64,000 nucleotides of DNA from a virus, in the UHGV virus genome UHGV-0294963; one strand, given 5' to 3'. Position 1 is the stretch's first letter. Each line of letters begins with the position of its first letter. The notes under the pieces were generated by a model. The model did no database searches. It was not told where the DNA came from and saw only the letters and a list, made by a program, of their open reading frames with translations. The translations under genes were made by a program, and so were the position numbers. Positions 37,797 through 47,116 of this stretch are shown here, one piece after another.

Positions 37797-39749
37797 TCAG
37801 TGCATTTGTGTTAATCGGTCGAAAAATGACCAATCGTCTGGATTTCTTTCGAACGCAGTTCTGTCGTAGGCTTGCAGCCCACCGAATAGGCCGTTCTTGA
37901 ACGACGAAGGCATTTTATCTTCTTTTTCGTGTGAATACATCGTAAAATCATGTAAAACCGGAGTATAAGGTAACAGACTCAAATCCCATACAGCGCCTGC
38001 CAAGCTATCCGAAATATCTTTTGAACCATTAGCAGGATGGTCTAGCTTACCTGTATGGGTATCGTATTGAAGATAAATCAATTCATTTTCTAATCTAGCG
38101 TAATGAATTAGACTAATTCTACGCTCCATCATCGATTCACGCAGAGTCTTATAACCTTCTGGTGTACGGTCGAGTGAGCGTATAGCCGTGGTGAATCCTT
38201 TATCTCGCAATATCTGATGAGACTCAGCTGTCTGGTAGGTATCGGTACTGATTATAGCAATATTAAATCCCACACTTCGTAGCCAGTACAGGAACCTTCG
38301 GTTCTTTGCCATGCTAATTTCGGTACCAGGTGGAGCCTTGATACCGACAGAGAATACCTGAGCATAAACTCGTTTTTCTATTGTTCCATCATCGGTATCT
38401 GCCAGAACATTATCTACATAGCAAGCACCCGATATACCAGTAATATCATTCTTCAATGACGTATCAAGATGTATAGCCATCGGTCTTGATTTATATTCCT
38501 TAGGTACCTTTTCTAGGTCGAAAAATTCTTGATACTCCATATGGTCGTTGCATCCTATCTCAAGTACCTCCGCTGAGAACGGATTTGGTCTATCTGTGTA
38601 GCACGAGCTGATAATCTTATAACTGAAGTAGCTGGTTGTACCCGGTAGTGCTTTACCAGCAAGGTCCTGTAATGCAGTTATGATGTTGAACCGAAAATCT
38701 GACTCTAGTTCAACCGGGACATCCAGTATCTCATATCCAAGCTGTCGTATGGCATCAAGGTCTTCTCCTTCTTCAATCACTCTAGGAGTTAGCTGTTTCG
38801 CACCGTAAGCAACCTTAAACATTTTACCAGAATATGTATCAGAGGGTTTTACAACCCACAGCGGCTCGTCGACAATGAACAGTTTATCAGCGTCGTTCTC
38901 TTTTCGGCGTTTATCTAGATACACCTCTAAGAAGTCGTCTTCTGCTTTCTTAGAAGAAACCAGGAACATCTTACCCAAGAGTTTTCCGTTCCTGATGAAA
39001 CGTGATTTAATTCTGGCTTTAACCGAAGAGTAAGTCTGCATAATCTTAGACTTCTCCATGGTTGTATTCGAACCCGGTGCGAAGTTAACCTCATCAAGGA
39101 AACCACAGAATATTTGCTGACCTAAACCGTGACTTGCTTTAGAACCAGCTTTAATAGCAATATGTTTTCCTGGTACATAATAAGGGTTAGATGCGGAACC
39201 TGCAACGGTACCATGAGACAGAAACCAAGGAGATTCCATAAGACACGCATGAAGTCGTCCGTAACCAACGCTTTGTGCCAGTGCAACCGTAGCGTTGAAG
39301 AAGAATATAGCAATTTCGTCGGTATCTGCGAATCCGAAATATCTTTGAGGGAATTTCAGACATAATAGTCGATATGTTAGGTAAGCAATGGCATAGACTG
39401 CAATCGCGGTCTTACCAATACCGATAGCCCCTGTAAACGCAATTTCTTCGTATTCGGTATCTCCACCGGCAAATATCTTGCGTAGTTGTTCTCTCCAGAA
39501 AGGGTATATCTGATTACCTAGATTAGTGGCTTTACCTAGATATTCAGGGTCTTCTAGAAACGTGTCTATATCTACCGGAATCTCTTCATAGTCTTCTAGC
39601 CAGACTTTTTCATAGGTTTCACTCTCACCTGTTTCACTGAGCTCTCTGAGTATCTGCTGCATAGTCTCTTGCTCAGAAGGAGACAATGAATTATAGATAC
39701 TTTGAAATCGTTCAGGAGCTAGCATAGTGAGATTTAGCGTACTACTCAT
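37797..39749 (-). CDS. terL: terminase large subunit
   Basis: Walker A FTGAIGIGKTAIAVYAIAY near the N-terminus; 650 aa; C-terminal nuclease-like Asp-rich region. Confidence 0.75.
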   Translation of the reverse strand: MSSTLNLTMLAPERFQSIYNSLSPSEQETMQQILRELSETGESETYEKVWLEDYEEIPVDIDTFLEDPEYLGKATNLGNQIYPFWREQLRKIFAGGDTEYEEIAFTGAIGIGKTAIAVYAIAYLTYRLLCLKFPQRYFGFADTDEIAIFFFNATVALAQSVGYGRLHACLMESPWFLSHGTVAGSASNPYYVPGKHIAIKAGSKASHGLGQQIFCGFLDEVNFAPGSNTTMEKSKIMQTYSSVKARIKSRFIRNGKLLGKMFLVSSKKAEDDFLEVYLDKRRKENDADKLFIVDEPLWVVKPSDTYSGKMFKVAYGAKQLTPRVIEEGEDLDAIRQLGYEILDVPVELESDFRFNIITALQDLAGKALPGTTSYFSYKIISSCYTDRPNPFSAEVLEIGCNDHMEYQEFFDLEKVPKEYKSRPMAIHLDTSLKNDITGISGACYVDNVLADTDDGTIEKRVYAQVFSVGIKAPPGTEISMAKNRRFLYWLRSVGFNIAIISTDTYQTAESHQILRDKGFTTAIRSLDRTPEGYKTLRESMMERRISLIHYARLENELIYLQYDTHTGKLDHPANGSKDISDSLAGAVWDLSLLPYTPVLHDFTMYSHEKEDKMPSSFKNGLFGGLQAYDRTAFERNPDDWSFFDRLTQMH

Positions 39750-39752
39750 AGC

Positions 39753-39956
39753 CTACTCTCCCTTCTTACAGCGAAACGTCTTGATTTCAGAAGTTTCGCG
39801 GTCGATGCGTACTGTAGGCATCTTCCTGCCGCGAGTGATAGTAAGGAGCAAGGAGGACTCGTTTTCAGGGTCCTCCTTAACATCCACGGTGAGCACATCC
39901 TGATAGAGAGAACGAGCAGCTTTTTCAGCTTCTTTTCGTTCTTTCTTTGAAATCAT
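39753..39956 (-). CDS. hypothetical small basic protein
   Basis: 67-aa ORF coupled to terL. Confidence 0.4.
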   Translation of the reverse strand: MISKKERKEAEKAARSLYQDVLTVDVKEDPENESSLLLTITRGRKMPTVRIDRETSEIKTFRCKKGE

Positions 39957-40240
39957 TTTGTTTCCACCTCAGGGTTCAGATAAGCATTGATATCCGCACC
40001 GATTGCGTACAAGTCAGCAACCCAGTCAAGAAGCTGCTTGGTATTGTCTTGGGACTCGCCTGATGTTTCGCTAAGCGGTGTTTCTAGTCTTGCTTCAACA
40101 GACGCAGCGAGCTGCTGAGCCTGGTCAGTAAGATTTTGGGAGATTGTGAGCAAGAGCTCACGGTCGACTCCCACCGAGCTGTTCAATTTAGTAGAAGCTG
40201 TGGGTTTCGACGTCTGTGTCTTGGGATTGTAGCGAACCAT
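39953..40240 (-). CDS. hypothetical protein (LNSS-containing)
   Basis: start reset to the ATG with aggagg RBS at 40240. Confidence 0.45.
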   Translation of the reverse strand: MVRYNPKTQTSKPTASTKLNSSVGVDRELLLTISQNLTDQAQQLAASVEARLETPLSETSGESQDNTKQLLDWVADLYAIGADINAYLNPEVETK

Positions 40241-40553
40241 AATTCTTAACCTCCTGTTCAAGTTTAGGCTGACTCTGTTCAACAGAGTCATCTTTGACAT
40301 TATCGATGTATTGGTGCATAAAGTTTTCCAACGGCTCACAGATTTTCTTGTTACCGCGGAATGTGTGGTACAAATCTTCTAGCTTGTATGTAATATTCTC
40401 ACCGGCTGCTAATGCTTTCAGACACTGACCAATCTGAACAGTTTGTGTCTGTGTTAGCAGAGTATCTACGCAAGAAAAGATACGATACAGCTCATTGTAC
40501 CAGTCTTTCGGCTTATACCGCTCCTGCGAGCAGTCCTTTGGCTCTGAGTTCAT
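40188..40553 (-). CDS. hypothetical protein; 3' end overlaps the next gene by 53 nt
   Basis: ggagg RBS at the start; unusual long out-of-frame overlap. Confidence 0.4.
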   Translation of the reverse strand: MNSEPKDCSQERYKPKDWYNELYRIFSCVDTLLTQTQTVQIGQCLKALAAGENITYKLEDLYHTFRGNKKICEPLENFMHQYIDNVKDDSVEQSQPKLEQEVKNYGSLQSQDTDVETHSFY

Positions 40554-40848
40554 CTAACCACCTCCGCTTTAGGTCATCTGGTGTCATTCCTGCTGGTATT
40601 TCCTGAACAGCAAAATGATTAGACCACAGTACCTTTCTGGGATATGCTTTACAGCAGCCCCAGTATCCCATAAGCTGTTTCAGAGCGGTGTATGACATAT
40701 TTCGATAATATACCTTGTCTTCATATACCCATTCTTCATCAGGGGAATTAACAGTGACGACAAGTTTATCGACATACTTGAAATATTCATTTAGGACGTT
40801 TATTGGTAATTGCCCTATCCAGTCGATTGTGGATATTCCTATAATCAT
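40513..40848 (-). CDS. hypothetical protein
   Basis: aaggaggg RBS. Confidence 0.45.
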   Translation of the reverse strand: MIIGISTIDWIGQLPINVLNEYFKYVDKLVVTVNSPDEEWVYEDKVYYRNMSYTALKQLMGYWGCCKAYPRKVLWSNHFAVQEIPAGMTPDDLKRRWLDELRAKGLLAGAV

Positions 40849-40916
40849 CCTTTGACCCTCCTTCAGGACGAGTACTCAGGAATTTGGAGCACTCTGTGAT
40901 GTAGTCCTCGGTAGCG

Positions 40917-41285
40917 TCAACTCTCGTCCTGCTTAGTTGCAGAAGTGTTCTCAGAAGAGCATAGTCTGTCGACAAGTCTGTCCACCTCCTTGAGTTGAAG
41001 CGTACCTAGAACTTCTTTGGTTGCGTCTTTTCTTGACATTGTTTTCATCTTAATAACGATTTCTTTTGCTGCGAATACAGCAAGGAGCTCGAACAGTGAC
41101 GGGAATTTCACTGGTTGATTAGGAAACACAGCACATAGGTGTGTGAAACCTTGTACGCCCACACAAGCAATTACCGGTGCCCAAGCCGACACATCGAGTT
41201 TATATTCATCTGGGAGCGAACCTAATATTTCTATCAGGTCGTCTGAGCTCCAGTTTTCTGTGAATCGGTCGAGGTACTGGTACAT
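40917..41285 (-). CDS. hypothetical protein
   Basis: ORF in a tight array. Confidence 0.4.
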   Translation of the reverse strand: MYQYLDRFTENWSSDDLIEILGSLPDEYKLDVSAWAPVIACVGVQGFTHLCAVFPNQPVKFPSLFELLAVFAAKEIVIKMKTMSRKDATKEVLGTLQLKEVDRLVDRLCSSENTSATKQDES

Positions 41286-41815
41286 AGTTTTGCCAACTCC
41301 TTTGCAGCATCACGAATGTTCTGACGCTCTTTAGATGTAAGTTCTGTTTGCTGAGCGTCTTCAATCGTGTCGAATATGATGGCGTCTTGAACATCAATCG
41401 GTATATCGATATTCTTAGTCGCCTGCTGTAGAGACATTAGCAGCTGCGTGTACATCGGAATGTACTGAGCGTCATGTTCTACATCAGACCGCATAAGAGC
41501 ATCGATAGCATATTCCAGCTTGTTGGTGAGTTTGTCAGTAATCCGGTTAAAGCGTAGCAGACGTAGTTCCTTATTCCGCTCTTTAAGCTGCTGGATTAGC
41601 TTCAGCCTTGTACCAGGCTGAATAGCTCTAATTGCTTCAGTGTCACTGATAAGCAAATGATATATAAGCTGATTGTTTCTTTCAACCCAAGCCTGTAGTC
41701 CTTGATAGGATTCATCTGACTTAGGTAACTCAATCGGTTGACCGGTTCCATAGTTAAAGACGTCAGCATAGTTCTTTACGGTTGCTTCGTATTTCGGATT
41801 ATTCATCGACACCAC
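41234..41815 (-). CDS. hypothetical protein
   Basis: ORF. Confidence 0.4.
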   Translation of the reverse strand: MVSMNNPKYEATVKNYADVFNYGTGQPIELPKSDESYQGLQAWVERNNQLIYHLLISDTEAIRAIQPGTRLKLIQQLKERNKELRLLRFNRITDKLTNKLEYAIDALMRSDVEHDAQYIPMYTQLLMSLQQATKNIDIPIDVQDAIIFDTIEDAQQTELTSKERQNIRDAAKELAKLCTSTSTDSQKTGAQTT

Positions 41816-42281
41816 CTACATTACCTGGATCGCACTCTGGTTCTGTATAAGAATCGGTTACGATGTCGAAACCGACACGCTTACCAGAGATTTCTGGGTT
41901 TGTGAATTCGACGTGACCGAGGCTTTTTAGTAGCTCTTCGAGTCTTTCTGCTGTCTCTTTCTTGACTGACTCTTCGAATTCGAACACAACAGACTGGTCT
42001 TTGTTGATGAATACACGAGTCATCTTGGGGATATCGCCGTGAATTCTAATGTTGTAGTACAGTGTGCGGAGCATGGTAGCGTCGAAATACGACGGATATA
42101 AAGCCTGGTGAACAGGCATAGACTCATGAAAGTTCGGGCACATACTCGAATTCAGCGAAGGTGCTTTCCCATCGAGTTGTCTAATAGTGCTTTGTGCTTT
42201 CTCGCTAAATAGCTGAATAAAAGCACCAGGGTCTACCTTGTTCTGTCTTGCACAATCAAGTCTCATAATTTTACCGAACAT
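41799..42281 (-). CDS. hypothetical protein
   Basis: ORF. Confidence 0.4.
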   Translation of the reverse strand: MFGKIMRLDCARQNKVDPGAFIQLFSEKAQSTIRQLDGKAPSLNSSMCPNFHESMPVHQALYPSYFDATMLRTLYYNIRIHGDIPKMTRVFINKDQSVVFEFEESVKKETAERLEELLKSLGHVEFTNPEISGKRVGFDIVTDSYTEPECDPGNVGGVDE

Positions 42282-42283
42282 GA

Positions 42284-42934
42284 TTAGTCCTCCCTTCTAT
42301 TGGTTTGAGCATCAAGTATACTCTGAATATTCATTGGCAAACTAAGCCACGAAAAGTCTAAAGCGGTATTCTTGGCTAAATCCACTTCCATAATATCACC
42401 GCCGAAATTCTTTATCGGTGGTGGGTATTGCCTAAGCAGCTCGGGCGTTCTGTTCTCGTCGAACAACACAACCACATGAGTGTGGCGTTCCATACAACCA
42501 CGAATTCGACAGTTTCCAGTCAAGACTGTCGAGTTAGACTGAACCTTGTGCTTCTTGATACACCAACGAACTGTGGTATATCCAAGAGTTATAGCCGATT
42601 GTAGATACTCACGAGTTGCTTGGTTTATAATCGGATTGACTTTAAATCTGATGTCGAAACCCCATTGACGTAAACCTTTCAAGATTTCGTTGGTTCGTAG
42701 GAATGCGTCATCATCATAGTCAACGATTGTACCTGAAGCAGACGTAAAAGCCGCAAATACTACACCGAAAGCGGGATGAACCACCTGAATTCTTGCACCC
42801 TCAAGAACGTGCGAATTCACGAACTGAGTGTATCTAATTTTCAGTGACTTATCAATATTGCTAACGCAATTTGTTGCTTGTCTCCAATTATCGATAGCAT
42901 AGTATCTTGGCTTGAAGTCGTCCATGGTTATCAC
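42284..42934 (-). CDS. hypothetical protein
   Basis: ORF. Confidence 0.4.
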   Translation of the reverse strand: MITMDDFKPRYYAIDNWRQATNCVSNIDKSLKIRYTQFVNSHVLEGARIQVVHPAFGVVFAAFTSASGTIVDYDDDAFLRTNEILKGLRQWGFDIRFKVNPIINQATREYLQSAITLGYTTVRWCIKKHKVQSNSTVLTGNCRIRGCMERHTHVVVLFDENRTPELLRQYPPPIKNFGGDIMEVDLAKNTALDFSWLSLPMNIQSILDAQTNRRED

Positions 42935-43209
42935 TCCTTGGGAGCGTAGGAACCATCAATCTGAAGATTATGGAATCCTCCTGTAGTTTTGATAGGCACA
43001 CCAACCCAGGTACCCTGATTTTCATCCCAGAATACCAAGAGAGTGCCATTCGGTGCGAGTACAGTAAATGCAGTACCGAGTTTACGAACCTGTTTATAGT
43101 CAGGATTGTCTTTGAGAATTTTCTCAATTTCAACCTCTGATTTGCCGGAAAGGTCTTTGGTCTGAATTGTACCATCGCAATTCAGGTTGTTCAGCTTGAC
43201 GTTAATCAT
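42931..43209 (-). CDS. hypothetical protein
   Basis: ORF. Confidence 0.4.
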   Translation of the reverse strand: MINVKLNNLNCDGTIQTKDLSGKSEVEIEKILKDNPDYKQVRKLGTAFTVLAPNGTLLVFWDENQGTWVGVPIKTTGGFHNLQIDGSYAPKE

Positions 43210-43624
43210 TGTCAGTTTCCTCCTCTGTGAATGTCGTTGGTAGTGTAAACTCTGTCTTAGGAGTTACAAAGGTCAAGGAATTGAAGTCTTTGAGGAATAG
43301 ACTCCTAACCTTACCCGCTGGGATAGATTCTAGATACCAGCCATTTATAGGCGGGTTATCGTCGACTGAATACCAACCCTTGCATACCCGCCAACGCTGA
43401 ATAGTTTGATTGTCTAGATAAATTTCATCACCAACCGTGAGTGACTGGTCGAGGTCAGGCACATACAGAAAATCTCTGTCGGTTATCAGCGTAATCTGGT
43501 CACCTGGATAATCATTACCGTCGACATCAGATACCTGAGCCACAACGGTATTCAGGACAGATACGCTGGTTATGTCAATCTGAGTACCAGTGTTCTCGTC
43601 GACACCATATAGAACATTCTTCAT
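43202..43624 (-). CDS. hypothetical protein
   Basis: ORF. Confidence 0.4.
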   Translation of the reverse strand: MKNVLYGVDENTGTQIDITSVSVLNTVVAQVSDVDGNDYPGDQITLITDRDFLYVPDLDQSLTVGDEIYLDNQTIQRWRVCKGWYSVDDNPPINGWYLESIPAGKVRSLFLKDFNSLTFVTPKTEFTLPTTFTEEETDND

Positions 43625-43653
43625 GGTATCCTCCTTTCAGAGTTATTTCTGAC

Positions 43654-43863
43654 CTAGTCTTGTGCTCTGAACGGATTAGCAAACTCAGAACCATTCAGCG
43701 AGATTGTATTATCAGGATTTAACCTGTCTGCTGCAAATGTCAAGCGTCTGTAGTCTTTGAGCAGTCGAGCAGTTTGCTCTAGGTCGTCTTTAGATACAAT
43801 AGCATAATCGTCTTGGTTCGCTTTCACCTCGAATGAGGAAATCAACTGATTAAGATTCTTCAT
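43654..43863 (-). CDS. hypothetical protein
   Basis: ORF. Confidence 0.35.
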   Translation of the reverse strand: MKNLNQLISSFEVKANQDDYAIVSKDDLEQTARLLKDYRRLTFAADRLNPDNTISLNGSEFANPFRAQD

Positions 43864-43956
43864 CGATTATCACTTCCTTTCGGTATATTCATATTATACA
43901 CGAAAGTGCCTAGAGACATCGAAGATATGCTATTTAATCTAATATACAGAAATAAA

Positions 43957-45156
43957 TCAATTATAGGTAATGCCGGTTAAGTTCGGGTACTTCGCGTGAA
44001 CCGCTTCATACTGAGCTTGACCACCTACCCAGATGGTGCAAGCGTTCGGCACACCTGTAAATATATCAGGTTGGTCGATTATCGGTGTGTCATTAACCAC
44101 CTTGGTGAAGTCGATTGATGATACATCGATGTAGTTAAGACTGGTGCAATTCTTGAATAAACCTTCCGCGGTATCTATCTTATCTAGACAGCAAGAGCCT
44201 AAATCAATTCGCTCTAGGACTGAATCATCTGCGAACATATAGCTGATATCAGTTGCGCTATGCGTATCAAGTAACGGTAGTCCTGTAATATCTTGTAGCA
44301 AGCTGTTAGCAGCTAACGCATAACTAAAGGTTGTCACGTTACCCGTATAAACGTGTTCAAGATTTAACCTCGTAGCACGCTGTTGATAAAACAGGTGTGA
44401 CGCGGTGGTAAAATCAGTAGCATCAGTTACCGTCCAAATCTCACAATCTTTATACCAGGTATCAGCAGGAACTGCTCGAACTGAACCGATATCTGCATAG
44501 TAGGTTGTCTGTGGGGTAACAGCACTGGCTGAGGAATATCCTGCAATACGATATGGTTGAGGAAAATCAGAGTTATAAGCTGACTCTAATTTCTTCAACC
44601 TAGCCAGTACACCACCAGGTACTACCCCTGCTTGGTATTCTTGTGCTATCGGAATTAAGCCCGTCATAGTTATCCTAGCATTGGTAACCGGATTAACAGC
44701 AGTCATCTGTGTGACTACCTCGTCGTAATTAGCTTGATATCCGATACCTATGCCATAATACCGATTAAGTGGAATAGCTAAATCTATCTTATTTAGAATT
44801 CTGTAACGAATTCTAAAGGTAGACGAAGGTCGAGTAGCAGTATACAGATATAACTTCCCGTTTACCGTTTCGACAGCGGTGATACTCTCGAATGCTTGAT
44901 ATTGAGCTTGACGCTCAGCTTGTGTAGCATTATATGAGTAAATCAGTTGAATTACTGGAACTGTATCTTCCTTGATATTATAGTAGGGCGTTTCCCATCT
45001 ATATTGCGTACCATAGATATACCAATCTGAATTTACGACATTGGCATATATAGGGTCTCCTGTCTGATGATATGAAGGGTAAACGTTGATAAAATCATCT
45101 ACATCAGTGAATACCAACTCTACTGTAGGTGATACCTGACTAACCTTAAATAGCAT
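43957..45156 (-). CDS. BspA-like leucine-rich-repeat / DUF285-like repeat protein
   Basis: C-terminal repeats LDTHSATDISYMFADDSVLERIDLGS / FKNCTSLNYIDVSSIDFTKV resemble DUF285 WDvSnVTdMSYMF and BspA LRR units (Firmicutes/Mollicutes-typical). Confidence 0.35.
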   Translation of the reverse strand: MLFKVSQVSPTVELVFTDVDDFINVYPSYHQTGDPIYANVVNSDWYIYGTQYRWETPYYNIKEDTVPVIQLIYSYNATQAERQAQYQAFESITAVETVNGKLYLYTATRPSSTFRIRYRILNKIDLAIPLNRYYGIGIGYQANYDEVVTQMTAVNPVTNARITMTGLIPIAQEYQAGVVPGGVLARLKKLESAYNSDFPQPYRIAGYSSASAVTPQTTYYADIGSVRAVPADTWYKDCEIWTVTDATDFTTASHLFYQQRATRLNLEHVYTGNVTTFSYALAANSLLQDITGLPLLDTHSATDISYMFADDSVLERIDLGSCCLDKIDTAEGLFKNCTSLNYIDVSSIDFTKVVNDTPIIDQPDIFTGVPNACTIWVGGQAQYEAVHAKYPNLTGITYN

Positions 45157-45188
45157 ACTATCTGACCTCCTTATTAGGTTTGATTTTT

Positions 45189-45246
45189 GCGTAAATGCAG
45201 GGTAGTGCGGTGTACATTATATTATATTAAACCACTGCATTTAAGT
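45189..45246. repeat. IR-bracketed intergenic cassette copy E (gcgtaaatgcag / ctgcatttaagt)
   Basis: arms with 1 mismatch; core ggtgtacattatattatattaaacc; lies upstream of the 43957..45156 start. Confidence 0.6.
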
Positions 45247-45261
45247 GGCATCGGTTATAAA

Positions 45262-45292
45262 ATAGGGCGGTTCAACCGAACCGCCCTACCTT
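45262..45292 (-). terminator. rho-independent terminator
   Basis: GC-rich stem agggcggttc / gaaccgccct, then ttttataacc on the - strand, after the stop of 45350..45748. Confidence 0.55.
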
Positions 45293-45349
45293 CAATCGAG
45301 TTTGAAATATTTGCTAAGAATTTTCCGCTTAGCCGGAGTTACCACGTGA

Positions 45350-45748
45350 TTACTGGAAGAAGTCACCAGAATCTTCACCAGCTGCAGTTTCACCCATGTC
45401 GTCGTCCCCGGATTCAGTTTCGCCGGTTCCTTCACTTTCTGATTCTTCTGCAGTTTCTTCTGTCGGTTCTTCGAATTGCTCATCGCCAATCACTTCAGGT
45501 TTTTGAGAAGTGACATCCAGCACTGCAACCTGGACAAAATCTGCAGGATACATATCAGAATCTGTAAGCTGGATTTTCTTGGATTTCGGATTATAAAGTA
45601 GAACAGCTTTCTTAAGGTCAAGCGAACTTCCGTCTTCCAATGCGATGATAGAACCTACATCTTGCATGAACTGCTCATCAACCTCACTATCATATTGACT
45701 GGGGCTAACGTTAGCAGAAGCATTAACCTTGATGCGCCTCAAAGTCAC
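45350..45748 (-). CDS. hypothetical protein with acidic C-terminal tail
   Basis: EEPTEETAEESESEGTGETESGDDDMGE. Confidence 0.45.
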   Translation of the reverse strand: MTLRRIKVNASANVSPSQYDSEVDEQFMQDVGSIIALEDGSSLDLKKAVLLYNPKSKKIQLTDSDMYPADFVQVAVLDVTSQKPEVIGDEQFEEPTEETAEESESEGTGETESGDDDMGETAAGEDSGDFFQ

Positions 45749-46101
45749 TCACCTCCTAGGTCACGAAGACCCGAATAATTATCAAGTTTATGAATTAAAG
45801 AAGCAGTCAACCTTTGATATTGATATCTACGGTTGTTTCTTATCTTTCTCCAGAAGTACTTACCTTTAGAGCCAGCTTTATATAAGCCTTTGGCTACATT
45901 CAGCGGTACGTCAAAGTAGGTATAGACAGAACCGTCTTTGAACCGAATCCAGAGCTGCTCCTTCTCAACCTTATAGACCATCCCGTCGATATTAGACGAT
46001 TGAAAGTCGGTATACATCTTTTCTTGTTCACGCTCAGCACCGGGATGATTCTTGGTGAATGGGTTAGCCTGTGATTTAACCCTGCAGTTTAGTCTTAGCA
46101 C
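45745..46101 (-). CDS. hypothetical protein
   Basis: ATGA overlap with the downstream gene. Confidence 0.45.
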   Translation of the reverse strand: MLRLNCRVKSQANPFTKNHPGAEREQEKMYTDFQSSNIDGMVYKVEKEQLWIRFKDGSVYTYFDVPLNVAKGLYKAGSKGKYFWRKIRNNRRYQYQRLTASLIHKLDNYSGLRDLGGE

Positions 46102-46774
46102 CGTTACCCCTACTTCCTGTATAATCTAGTGACTCTAGGTCACCGTAGTGTATTGTCGTTGCTTCCTCGAATGTCAGATACTTCCAGACAAAATCATACG
46201 GACGAGCTACCGACGGTATATTGCCCATATTATATATCTCGTCTTCCCAGAAGTAATCAAATGCGAATTGGTCATCTGGCGCTACATCCATCCAATGTAA
46301 GCAGCACTGTCTGATGCGTCGTTCTATCCGTTCCTTACTCTTTGGAGGTCTGGCACCTTGTACATCCGAAATGTGGTCTTGAAAATACCAAAGTACCCAT
46401 TCTGCAGCAGCTTCAAAGGTAGGATATATCTGACGTAGATTACCCCACGGTGTGTACCTACCTATAGGGCGATTTGTAATACGTCGCATCGCTTCTTTAT
46501 CTGCGTCTTTGTATATCTTCCAATGTTCATTCTTTAAGCCGAGTCTATCAGGAATAGCTGGTTCATTGCTGAAATCCCACTTCGTAACGTCGTACCTGTG
46601 AGTAAGGTCAGTTATACCTAAGAATTTCTGGCGATATACCTCATTACGAACACTGATAATGTGTCTGCGATATTTCTGATACGGAGTTAGATTAGAGAAT
46701 CTCTCTCGACTCATCCATCTAAGTTTCCACCGTATCTTATCCTTCTGAAGTGAATTCTGCATTAAGGGTTGCAT
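46076..46774 (-). CDS. hypothetical protein
   Basis: TAATG overlap with the upstream gene. Confidence 0.45.
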   Translation of the reverse strand: MQPLMQNSLQKDKIRWKLRWMSRERFSNLTPYQKYRRHIISVRNEVYRQKFLGITDLTHRYDVTKWDFSNEPAIPDRLGLKNEHWKIYKDADKEAMRRITNRPIGRYTPWGNLRQIYPTFEAAAEWVLWYFQDHISDVQGARPPKSKERIERRIRQCCLHWMDVAPDDQFAFDYFWEDEIYNMGNIPSVARPYDFVWKYLTFEEATTIHYGDLESLDYTGSRGNGAKTKLQG

Positions 46775-47097
46775 TAGCCTTCCTCCTTAAGGTCCTTACC
46801 AGGAATATGGTTGAGCTTCCGTCTATAACCATAAGCAGATTTGGTATCATCACAACCGTAGACTGCAAATTGAATTCTCTTGTATATGCTTTCGTCCTTC
46901 GCCTTTGTCTTTGTGTGGGATTTTACCCACTCGACAGCGTCCCACATATCGTGATATGTCTGCTTGACAACGCCGTCTTCTAGACGTTGAACGTGATACT
47001 CTAGAGTACCTTCAGAAATACGCTCTTTAGCGTCTTCTGTGTGTTCATGATGGGCGAAGGTGGAGTTGAGAGAATTCTTAATAGGAATCCTTATCAT
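46774..47097 (-). CDS. hypothetical protein
   Basis: start reset to the ATG with aggtggag RBS (the longest ORF ran into the upstream gene). Confidence 0.4.
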   Translation of the reverse strand: MIRIPIKNSLNSTFAHHEHTEDAKERISEGTLEYHVQRLEDGVVKQTYHDMWDAVEWVKSHTKTKAKDESIYKRIQFAVYGCDDTKSAYGYRRKLNHIPGKDLKEEG

Positions 47098-47116
47098 ACA
47101 GCTCCACCTGCCTTTC

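Noticed and set aside
40787-40975. 62-aa - strand ORF bridging two genes
   Set aside because: It overlaps both neighbours. The true intergenic gap (40849-40916) holds the RBS of the 40513..40848 gene.
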